Source: Thermococcus sp. JdFR-02 (GTDB taxonomy: Archaea > Methanobacteriota_B > Thermococci > Thermococcales > Thermococcaceae). Taken from it: DNA of 28,445 nucleotides. The number at the start of each line of letters is the position of its first letter. Position 1 is the first letter of the stretch. The stretch covers positions 1 to 28,445 of the forward strand of contig MTLP01000008.1 in the NCBI GenBank assembly GCA_002009975.1, read 5' to 3'. The notes under the pieces were generated by a model. It was not told the DNA's origin, made no database searches, and saw nothing but the letters and a program-made list of their open reading frames with translations. The position numbers and the translations under genes were made by a program. Below, one piece after another: positions 8,699-16,153 of this stretch.

Positions 8699-8774
8699 GA
8701 TATACAAGCTTACAGAATGCGCTGAGAAAGCCCTGACTTCGGTCAGATGATAAATCTGGGAAGTGGGCAGACTC

Positions 8775-8789
8775 TTTATATACTTCCAC
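8775..8789 (+). promoter_or_regulatory. TATA motif TTTATATACTTCCAC upstream of the pilin gene
   Basis: Identical to the 6114-6128 copy on the opposite strand. Confidence 0.7.
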
Positions 8790-8858
8790 TGCTTCTAAGC
8801 GGCAGGGTGACGAGACATGAAGGTCAAACCCGCACAGGTGCTGCAAGAGGTGACTGGC

Positions 8859-9290
8859 ATGCTGTATGTCAGGATTGCAGCTCTGCCGATGAAATTCAAA
8901 ACAACCACAAGCAGAATTATCAGTGTACTGTTCGTTATGAGTACAGCCCTGCCAAGTGTTTATGCTGGCAGTCTGTGGGATGATTTTTTCAGCAAGATCC
9001 CACTGATACAGAACCAGTTCTACGTTAACGATCTGGCTAAGTTCGGAGCATACGTGTGTGGTTTTCTCTTAGGCTTAGGGGTTATCATGTATACAATTGG
9101 CTATGCATTCGCTGGGGACCGCCCAGAGGCCGCAGGGTTGCTTAAGTGGGGCAAAAGGCTTATAGTTGCGGGCTTCCTCGGCGTATTGCTGTTAGGTGTG
9201 ATCCCATATCTTATAGACTGGTTCCGAGGACAGGTGAACGCCCCTGAAGTGCCCACGTGGGGTGGGGAACAGAAGACAATCTCGGTGTGA
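8859..9290 (+). CDS. VirB2/TrbC-type (CedA1-like) conjugative pilin candidate
   Basis: RBS GAGGTGA before ATG 8859; signal-like segment ending VYA|G, then two TM helices joined by a short charged loop (GDRPEAAGLLKWGKRLIVAGFLGVLLLGVIPYLIDWF). Confidence 0.7.
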   Translation: MLYVRIAALPMKFKTTTSRIISVLFVMSTALPSVYAGSLWDDFFSKIPLIQNQFYVNDLAKFGAYVCGFLLGLGVIMYTIGYAFAGDRPEAAGLLKWGKRLIVAGFLGVLLLGVIPYLIDWFRGQVNAPEVPTWGGEQKTISV

Positions 9291-9301
9291 GGTGACATAC
9301 G

Positions 9302-9913
9302 GTGAACATTGTGTTTGTCGGCCCCGGACAGGGTAAGAGTATTACAGCTGCATTGCTTGCAGTCACGCATGTCGTTACCGCCTACGACGCCGACCCTTAC
9401 AGGGCACTCGTGGAGTTGTACCCTCGGGCCGAGGTCTACGAGGGACCCGATGATCTCATACCGCCGTGCATCATTGACACCAGCCGTGTTGACAGGAGGG
9501 GTAGACCATACCTTGCAGTAATCCGTGAAAACCCGGGGGCGTGGGTTATTCTCGTGACCACCCCATTCTTCCATCAGGTGGCAGTGGCGCGGCGTGTTGC
9601 GAAGGACGTGAAGGATTGCACAGGTACCGCGGTGCGGGGCGTAATAGTGAGCATGGCAGCAAGCGAGGATGAGGCAAAGAGCGTGGCTGAACGGCTCGGT
9701 GTTCCCCTCACTGGCTGGCTACCGCTGTCGAAAGCTCTCGAGGAAATGCTCGCCACCGGTACCGTTATTTCCGAAAAAGAGGATGGTGCATCACCTGTTG
9801 GGGATGCCGCACTTATCGAGCGCATACTAGCGCTTGGAAAGGAGCTGGGACTACAGGTTCGCCTGCGACAACGCGATAAGAAGAGAGGCAGATTACCGTG
9901 GCTAAAGCGCTAA
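9302..9913 (+). CDS. Degenerate MinD/ParA-like P-loop protein
   Basis: IVFVGPGQGKS P-loop without the signature Lys, YDADP, IIDTS, LVTTP, GVIVS, LGVPLTGWLPLS; RBS GAGGTGA. Confidence 0.75.
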   Translation: MNIVFVGPGQGKSITAALLAVTHVVTAYDADPYRALVELYPRAEVYEGPDDLIPPCIIDTSRVDRRGRPYLAVIRENPGAWVILVTTPFFHQVAVARRVAKDVKDCTGTAVRGVIVSMAASEDEAKSVAERLGVPLTGWLPLSKALEEMLATGTVISEKEDGASPVGDAALIERILALGKELGLQVRLRQRDKKRGRLPWLKR

Positions 9914-9962
9914 ACTTCTTTTGTATGATTCCTTTTTATATGTCTCTTGCCACGGTTTGGCG

Positions 9963-12374
9963 ATGAAAGGTAAGATTCTACTCGCTCTGGTAGCTGTGGC
10001 ACTTCTTCTCGCAATCACCGTGCTACACCTTCCAAAGCAGATACACTCCTCCGGGGGAGTGTTGGTGCGCATGGGCTATGATGAGCAAGGCAAGTACATC
10101 CTTGTAGCACCGCGCGAGCCAGCGCTCATTGAGGAACTGAAAGTTGGCAGGAAGGTTGTAGCAAGGAACATTTGGGCACCAGTGGAGGGCGCCAGGGTAC
10201 CGTACAACTGGAAGCCTAAGAGAGTATACGCTGTGGACGTCAGACTCAGCACAGGGAGGGAGGTGGTAAGAGTAGCCGCACCTCCGCTGAGCCCTGTCCT
10301 TGATGCAGAGCCACTGGCGTACAACTCTTCTGACAGGGCAGAGTTGCTGCTTCGGATGCTTTATGCAGAGTACGACAGGATCATAATCCTGCGCACCAGT
10401 CATCTGCCAGAGAGAGTGCACATTCTGTCCATGCCTGCCGTTGGTATCAGCCAGGGCGACCTTGACAGCTTCACCTCAGCTCTTTCGGATCTGCTCAGGA
10501 AAGCACATGTAGAGGTGGACTTCGGGAGCAGAGTATCGGAAAAGGAATTGCAGGACAGGAGAACGGTGCTCGTTGTCGCTGGAGGAGTGATGCCCAGCGA
10601 TGAAAAACTGCTCGATGCGGTGAGGTCGCAGCGCCGCTGGGGTGAATGCAGGATCATATACTTGGGGCTGCAACCCGGTGCTGTGTTGGTCGACCAAAGC
10701 GGAAACACAATGCCAGGAAGGATACTGCCAGGTACCCTTTCGGGAAGCGCAGAGGTGCGCAGCAAAGTGCTGAAGATGAAGAAGTCACTGTACACATCGA
10801 GCACGTTCTCCGCTGCGCCAGCGCACAGGGAAGACGGCTCGCCAGCGGTCTACCTAACAGGCTGCACACTCGTGTTCTCGAACACCATATCTGGGGGCTG
10901 GGACTCGCCAGAGGACGCTGCGTGGGACGTATTCTACGCGGTGCTCACCGATGGCTCCATGAACCCGCCCGAAGTGCAACTCACCCCTGACAGAGATGCA
11001 GGGAGTGCCCTCCTGCGCCTCACTTACAGCGAGCAGAACATATCCCTCCTAGCCTTCCGTGGGGATAAGCTCTCCAGCGTTTTGCATCTGAAGGCACCTG
11101 TTGTCGGTGAACCTCTTGAAGCTGATCTCACGCTGCTCGAGGATCCCATGCCTGGCGAGGTGGAGGCGGTAGTGTGGGTATCCAACGCCAGCGGGCGCGT
11201 CCGCGTCATCGCCACCAGCCTGAGCACTAACCAGACCTTGGTGACGGATCTTGGAAGGGCTGAGGGTGAGGCCTCTTTCAGGGCAAAGTTGCACCTCCCG
11301 CCGGGGGATGTGCTCCTTGGCGTGGAGTCGGGAGGCCACCTCTCAGCGGTGAAGGAGTTCCACGTGCCCGTGATAAGAGCAGCTGCAAGGCCCGTCAAAG
11401 GAGGATACTTGGTCAACGTGACTGAGGACGGCTCACCATACAGCGGCGAGGTTGTGGTTAGCTCTCCTAGAGGAGGTACCGGCAGGCTGAAGATTCAGGG
11501 CAGACTGTTCGTGAGGGACAGCAGCTTCAACCTTGTGTTGCGCGGTTATCAGGTGCCTGTCACATACTTCCCACCCGAAAAGAGGAACGTGCCTGTGGGA
11601 CTGATTGCTGCGGCGCTTGCTGCGCTGCTCCTCACTGTTATGTCGCGCCTGAGGCCACGGCGCCGCCAACCTACTGTACGGATACGGATACATGTGCCTG
11701 AGCCTGAAGAGGAGCAGGTGCGTGCATCGAGCATCATCTCCGCCATGGAGCGCTACAACAAGCAGAGGGGGGTGGCATACCTCCCGCTGAGCCTGGAAGA
11801 GGTGAGAGAGGCTATAAGCACCTTCGCAGCGAGAACAGCTCCTTCCCCAGCGTCTGCTCTCGCGCTGCTGGAAAAAATGAAGTTGCTTGAAGGAGACGCA
11901 CAGATAAAGGAAGTGCACGGGTACTATGCACCTGCCGCTTGGGAGCGGGCTGCAGACCAGAGCGTGGAGCACCTTGCAATGATACGCGCGGTGTACGACT
12001 GGGCAACCTCTAGAGGGTTTATAGCAGAACCATTCACCACTAGAGGGGACACCTTCGAGGGCGCCCCCGACATGCTACTGCTCAGCCCTGATGACAGGGT
12101 GGTCTACGTGGAGGTGGTGAGTGGGCGCAGGAAAGCGCATCTAGAGCGCCTGTTAAAGACCTACACTCGCTGGGCAGAGAATCTGGCCAGCACGGAGGCG
12201 GAGAGCTACTCGCTCCCAGCCAGCATCTGGGTGGTGCTCACAGAGGACATCTACACACTCTATAGAGAGAAGTTAGAATCATGGGACTTTGCGATGAAGC
12301 TGAAGGCCCTGGAGAAAGAGGGCTACCTGAGAGTGGTGAGTATCGCAGACTTCTTGCGCGATTCTGAGCGTTAG
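9963..12374 (+). CDS. Large membrane-anchored protein (~803 aa): extracellular beta-rich region, C-proximal TM, cytoplasmic tail with PD-(D/E)xK-like motif
   Basis: Start moved to ATG 9963 (MKGKILLALVAVALLLAITV); second TM VPVGLIAAALAALLLTVM followed by RLRPRRR; tail contains PDMLLLSPDDRVVYVEVVSG. Confidence 0.75.
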   Translation: MKGKILLALVAVALLLAITVLHLPKQIHSSGGVLVRMGYDEQGKYILVAPREPALIEELKVGRKVVARNIWAPVEGARVPYNWKPKRVYAVDVRLSTGREVVRVAAPPLSPVLDAEPLAYNSSDRAELLLRMLYAEYDRIIILRTSHLPERVHILSMPAVGISQGDLDSFTSALSDLLRKAHVEVDFGSRVSEKELQDRRTVLVVAGGVMPSDEKLLDAVRSQRRWGECRIIYLGLQPGAVLVDQSGNTMPGRILPGTLSGSAEVRSKVLKMKKSLYTSSTFSAAPAHREDGSPAVYLTGCTLVFSNTISGGWDSPEDAAWDVFYAVLTDGSMNPPEVQLTPDRDAGSALLRLTYSEQNISLLAFRGDKLSSVLHLKAPVVGEPLEADLTLLEDPMPGEVEAVVWVSNASGRVRVIATSLSTNQTLVTDLGRAEGEASFRAKLHLPPGDVLLGVESGGHLSAVKEFHVPVIRAAARPVKGGYLVNVTEDGSPYSGEVVVSSPRGGTGRLKIQGRLFVRDSSFNLVLRGYQVPVTYFPPEKRNVPVGLIAAALAALLLTVMSRLRPRRRQPTVRIRIHVPEPEEEQVRASSIISAMERYNKQRGVAYLPLSLEEVREAISTFAARTAPSPASALALLEKMKLLEGDAQIKEVHGYYAPAAWERAADQSVEHLAMIRAVYDWATSRGFIAEPFTTRGDTFEGAPDMLLLSPDDRVVYVEVVSGRRKAHLERLLKTYTRWAENLASTEAESYSLPASIWVVLTEDIYTLYREKLESWDFAMKLKALEKEGYLRVVSIADFLRDSER

Positions 12375-13723
12375 TATCTCTTTGCTGCCCTATACCTCTG
12401 CAGTGCCAGCTTTTTGATCTTCCTCATCGGATCGCTGAGCTTTATGCGCAGCCTCACCTGCTTCTGTGGCAGTATTGCCCTGACATTGACGATGAATGGT
12501 GGCACGACTGCCTGCCTGTATTTGAGCTTTGCGATGCACTGCCCCACGAGGAGGTTAGCGAAACGTCCCTGCAGGTACTGGCTCAGCCCCAGCGTCTTTG
12601 AGAGGGACTCTCTGTCTGTATCCTTCTGTATCATCAGTGTGAACACTGCACCAGCGTTGTTTAGCAAGTAATCGTCTTCCTTTATATCGCTAAGGTCTTG
12701 TGTTGCCGCAATCACGCCGATGCCGTACTTCCTGCCCTCCTTGTCGAGAGTTTTGACGGGTGAATCTTTCTGTGAGATGACCTTCCACGCCTCATCGATC
12801 ACCACGATCAGCCTCAGCCTTCTCTCCGCTGGTACACCGCCCCGGCGCATGTCCTCGACGATGTACTGCAGCACACTTGTTGTTACACTCATCCTAGCGC
12901 TCTCGCTTGGGAGCTTAGAGAGGTCGAGCACCACGTACCCGCTTTGCGTCAGCTCTTTAAGCGTAAGCGTGCTCTGCTTTGCAAGGTAGTCATGTGGCGG
13001 CTCAGTCACAGCCCTGAGCTTGTCGAGCAGCCCCACGAGCGACTCCCTTGCACTGGTGCTGTTGGCGAAGGTTAGCACCAGCTCACGTTCCTTCTCGTTC
13101 TCGTACTCCTTGTTCTCATACTCCTTCGTTATTACGTCGCGCCAGAGGTTTCTGAGTATCCTGTAGGCGTCACCCAGCGTGGGAGGCTCCCTGTCCCAGG
13201 TATCTGGGTCGTCCGTGATGCCCTTCTCTGCGTATGCGAGGTCCACGGCATCGCGCAGTATCCTTGCCTGTCTCGTAGCTCTGTCTGTGTCGAAGAAAGG
13301 TTGCATCGCCTCAACCACTTGGGCAGCGCGCACTGCTGGCGGCACGCCGCCCAGGTCCATGATGTTTAGAAAGTGCCTGACTCCGAGCTGTACAACGTGC
13401 CCGCCAACCATCTCAGCGAAAGGCGCGTACTCACCTGTAATGTCAAACACCAGCACGTTCGCGCCGAAAGACAGGGTCGAACGTAAAGTAAGTGTCCGGA
13501 CAAAGTATGTCTTGCCAGAACCGCTGGAACCAAGAACGACCATGTGATAGTTTATGAGTTCTTCAGGCTTCCAGAATACTGGTTTTCGGAGTATCTCTGT
13601 GTGTCCTATGTAGGCCGCTCTGCCGTCCTGCTTGGGCACCAAGTGCCTAGCCAATGGCTCAGGCGGCCTCACCAAGTTTGTTCTCCCGACAACTCTCGAA
13701 ACAGAAACTCGCCCTGCTAGCAT
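12371..13723 (-). CDS. VirB4/HerA-family (CedB-like) DNA-transfer ATPase
   Basis: NYHMVVLGSSGSGKT Walker A, VFDITGEY, VVLDLS, IVVIDEAW Walker B, EGRKYGIGVIAATQ, LLNNA; no TM and no HAS barrel. Confidence 0.9.
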   Translation of the reverse strand: MLAGRVSVSRVVGRTNLVRPPEPLARHLVPKQDGRAAYIGHTEILRKPVFWKPEELINYHMVVLGSSGSGKTYFVRTLTLRSTLSFGANVLVFDITGEYAPFAEMVGGHVVQLGVRHFLNIMDLGGVPPAVRAAQVVEAMQPFFDTDRATRQARILRDAVDLAYAEKGITDDPDTWDREPPTLGDAYRILRNLWRDVITKEYENKEYENEKERELVLTFANSTSARESLVGLLDKLRAVTEPPHDYLAKQSTLTLKELTQSGYVVLDLSKLPSESARMSVTTSVLQYIVEDMRRGGVPAERRLRLIVVIDEAWKVISQKDSPVKTLDKEGRKYGIGVIAATQDLSDIKEDDYLLNNAGAVFTLMIQKDTDRESLSKTLGLSQYLQGRFANLLVGQCIAKLKYRQAVVPPFIVNVRAILPQKQVRLRIKLSDPMRKIKKLALQRYRAAKRY

Positions 13724-13984
13724 GCAATTCTCCGAAAGCAGAAGATATCTAAAAAGCCATGATTTGGATATCCTCTATATTAAAACTACGGCATCAGAAT
13801 CGAGAACATTGGCAAACTGCCGAAAATGCTCAACGAACACGCAATTGAAAAAGTTGCAAACATACAACTTCCTAGGGGGATCCTTTGACCCCTTTGCTGC
13901 ACGAAATGAGTATTAGATGTTCTGCTGAGATTGAAAAGATTGAGAAGCGAAAGTTCCAAATAGAAGCGTAGTTATCTATCAGCA

Positions 13985-14455
13985 ATGAATGAGGTGCCAC
14001 TTCCCAATGTGAGCAGGGTTATTTACCTGATTGAGGAACTCCTACTCTGGACGTTATCCGTTTTGCTGTTCTCTGTCGTCCTGAAGGGTGTGGATGTGGT
14101 TGTCTATTCGGACCAAACGCTTGTTTTTAGGATGAACATCTTCCATGGCATTGGTCTGCTACTTGTGTGGTTCGCACTCGACTGTACATGGAAGAGTATC
14201 GCTAGCAGAGGTCTCATCCACAAATCCATATACAATGGATACTGGGAGGAGAAGCTGGCTGACCTTGCTAGGCTGGTGCTCGAAATGATCTCAAAACTGC
14301 GGAATCTCTGCAAGATTTTTCTGCTGGTGTACGTGAGCCTGCTATTGCTAAAAATACTGCTGTACGGAGTACCGTCTGTTAGACCCCTGCTTGAGGCTGG
14401 CATCAATATCGACTTCAGCATCGTCACTGAGTTTCAATTGGTGGAACTTATTTGA
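13985..14455 (+). CDS. Hypothetical membrane protein (about 3 TM)
   Basis: 156-aa ORF with three hydrophobic stretches; divergent from the ATPase gene. Confidence 0.65.
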   Translation: MNEVPLPNVSRVIYLIEELLLWTLSVLLFSVVLKGVDVVVYSDQTLVFRMNIFHGIGLLLVWFALDCTWKSIASRGLIHKSIYNGYWEEKLADLARLVLEMISKLRNLCKIFLLVYVSLLLLKILLYGVPSVRPLLEAGINIDFSIVTEFQLVELI

Positions 14456-15014
14456 GGCAAATCACCTTACTGAACATCCTCTTTACCTCTTCGGGGGCGT
14501 CTTCCACCGCAACGATCATAAGAGGTTGATCACTGGAGAGCGCAGCCTTAATCTTATCAATCAGCGCCTTGGAACCTTCCAGCCTCGCGCCGACTATCAT
14601 GACTATGGGCTTTCGCACCGCCCTCAGCAGCTCCGCAGCTCTGTCCTCCTCCCCCTGGTACAGAAGCTCAATGTGAGCATCCCGGAAAGCTGTGGTTCTT
14701 GTGGCTCCGCAGAAGTCCAGAACAAGCACATTTGACATCAGTCTCTTGGTGTAAAGACTGAGAGCAAGGCTTCTTGCGCAATCACGATATCCCTTCCCTA
14801 CAAAAAGCACATGCTCTTCTCCAGATAATCTGCATACAGAGGATCGCCTCCAGCTCTCTACAAATAAAGCACCCACCTTTTTCAACCACTCTGACAGGAT
14901 TCTGAACACGGCGGTTCCGCGTTCCCACATCTTCCCTACTCTCTTCAAAACCTTACCTTCCGATTCCCAGAGCTCCCTCAAGCATTGCGACAGTCTCCAT
15001 TTCACAGGACACAC
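14448..15014 (-). CDS. Hypothetical protein with remnant MinD-like P-loop fold
   Basis: HVLFVGKGYRDCARSLALSL..NVLVLDFCG mirrors the strand/P-loop/helix/VLxLD layout of MinD but lacks GKT; a motif-type TATA lies upstream. Confidence 0.55.
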   Translation of the reverse strand: MCPVKWRLSQCLRELWESEGKVLKRVGKMWERGTAVFRILSEWLKKVGALFVESWRRSSVCRLSGEEHVLFVGKGYRDCARSLALSLYTKRLMSNVLVLDFCGATRTTAFRDAHIELLYQGEEDRAAELLRAVRKPIVMIVGARLEGSKALIDKIKAALSSDQPLMIVAVEDAPEEVKRMFSKVICLK

Positions 15015-15033
15015 CGAGGAAGAGAAGAGGTAA

Positions 15034-15046
15034 GAGGTATATAAAG
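15034..15046 (-). promoter_or_regulatory. Variant of the shared motif (CTTTATATACCTC)
   Basis: 20 bp upstream of the GTG at 15014, compatible with a leaderless transcript. Confidence 0.5.
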
Positions 15047-15187
15047 AGGAAAATTTCCATTTTCCACTATCTCCGGCAGGAGGAGAAAAGAGAAGTATAA
15101 AAAGGAGTCAACACATCTGGTTTTTCACCCTAAAAGGTGAATTGTGATACGAAAATGACTGGAGTTCCTCACTTGCACTATAACCCT

Positions 15188-15256
15188 TTCACGTTTCAAT
15201 TAAGTTTTCAGCTTTCCGGGACCAAAACCTTCACGTTTCACTCAGCTTGCGTTTCA
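15188..15256 (+). repeat. Short direct repeats TTCACGTTTCA / CGTTTCA
   Basis: TTCACGTTTCA at 15188-15198 and 15230-15240, CGTTTCA at 15250-15256, GTTTTCA at 15204-15210. Confidence 0.6.
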
Positions 15257-15387
15257 AACATATACCTACTCGCTTATATCTTTGGGTTTTTTAACACCTT
15301 GGCTTTTTAATGCAGGTATTAATATATCTTTTCTAACGAAATATTTATACTTTTCGTCCTGTAATATGACACAAGGAGCGAAAAAGG

Positions 15388-15819
15388 ATGAAGCTGGTGA
15401 AAATTTATCTTGATTCCGACATCTGGCTGAACTTCTGGAAAGGTGAAATGATAGGCATGATACCAGCGTTTCACTTTACGGAAGAACTCCTCAGAAAGGC
15501 GGTGCTGGAAAGATGGGTTGTTGTGGTATCTGAGTTGGTCAAGGAAGAGGTCTTTGAAAAGGGCGTGTCTCCAAATGATTTTGATGAAAAAATTAACGAG
15601 CTGGAATCCGCAGGGTGTGTGATAGAGAAAGCAGAAGTCACAGAGGAAGACGTTAAGTTTGGCTTGGAGTTAAGGAGGGAAAGAGGAATCCATCTTTCTG
15701 ATGCAATTCATGCAGCCATCGCAAAAAGAGTTAATGCAATTATAGTGACGAGAAATATAAGACACTTTAAACTCGTTGCAGATATAGTTAAGGTTAGAAA
15801 ACCCGAAGATCTGCTGTAA
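15388..15819 (+). CDS. vapC: PIN-domain (VapC-like) ribonuclease toxin
   Basis: IYLDSDIW, SELVKEEV, HLSDAIHAAIA, IVTRNIRHF acidic PIN motifs; canonical BRE-TATA CGAAATATTTATA at about 15337-15349. Confidence 0.93.
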   Translation: MKLVKIYLDSDIWLNFWKGEMIGMIPAFHFTEELLRKAVLERWVVVVSELVKEEVFEKGVSPNDFDEKINELESAGCVIEKAEVTEEDVKFGLELRRERGIHLSDAIHAAIAKRVNAIIVTRNIRHFKLVADIVKVRKPEDLL

Positions 15820-15825
15820 AGCTTA

Positions 15826-16047
15826 TTATTTTATTATGCTGAGATCCCAACCTTTCTTCTTAAACAAGCGCTTCAGGGCTCTTTCTTTTTGTTCGATGGT
15901 AAGCGGACCACTTTCAATCTTGTGTTTCAAACTCCCCCGCTGAAGTCTAATCCTCCAAGTTGCTATCTCCTTTCTTGTGTCTTGGTCTTTCACCTCTCTC
16001 TCAAGCTTCTCCAACTCTCGCTTGAGACTCTCAACAACCACGGACAT
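15826..16047 (-). CDS. Small charged helical protein, possible antitoxin convergent on the PIN gene
   Basis: 73 aa, RBS GGTGGAG; stop lies 6 bp from the PIN stop. Confidence 0.6.
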   Translation of the reverse strand: MSVVVESLKRELEKLEREVKDQDTRKEIATWRIRLQRGSLKHKIESGPLTIEQKERALKRLFKKKGWDLSIIK

Positions 16048-16153
16048 AAAACTCCACCTATTTACACTTACCTACTTACCTAACTATTTATATTTTTACC
16101 ATAAACAAGTATTCATAATAATAATGCGTAACCTCTGCGTTGTAAGAATGACG

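Noticed and set aside
12371-13723. HerA of a HerA-NurA repair operon or HerA-based defence system
   Set aside because: No HAS barrel and no nurA, mre11, rad50 or Sir2 neighbour; pilin and membrane-protein context favours a transfer ATPase.
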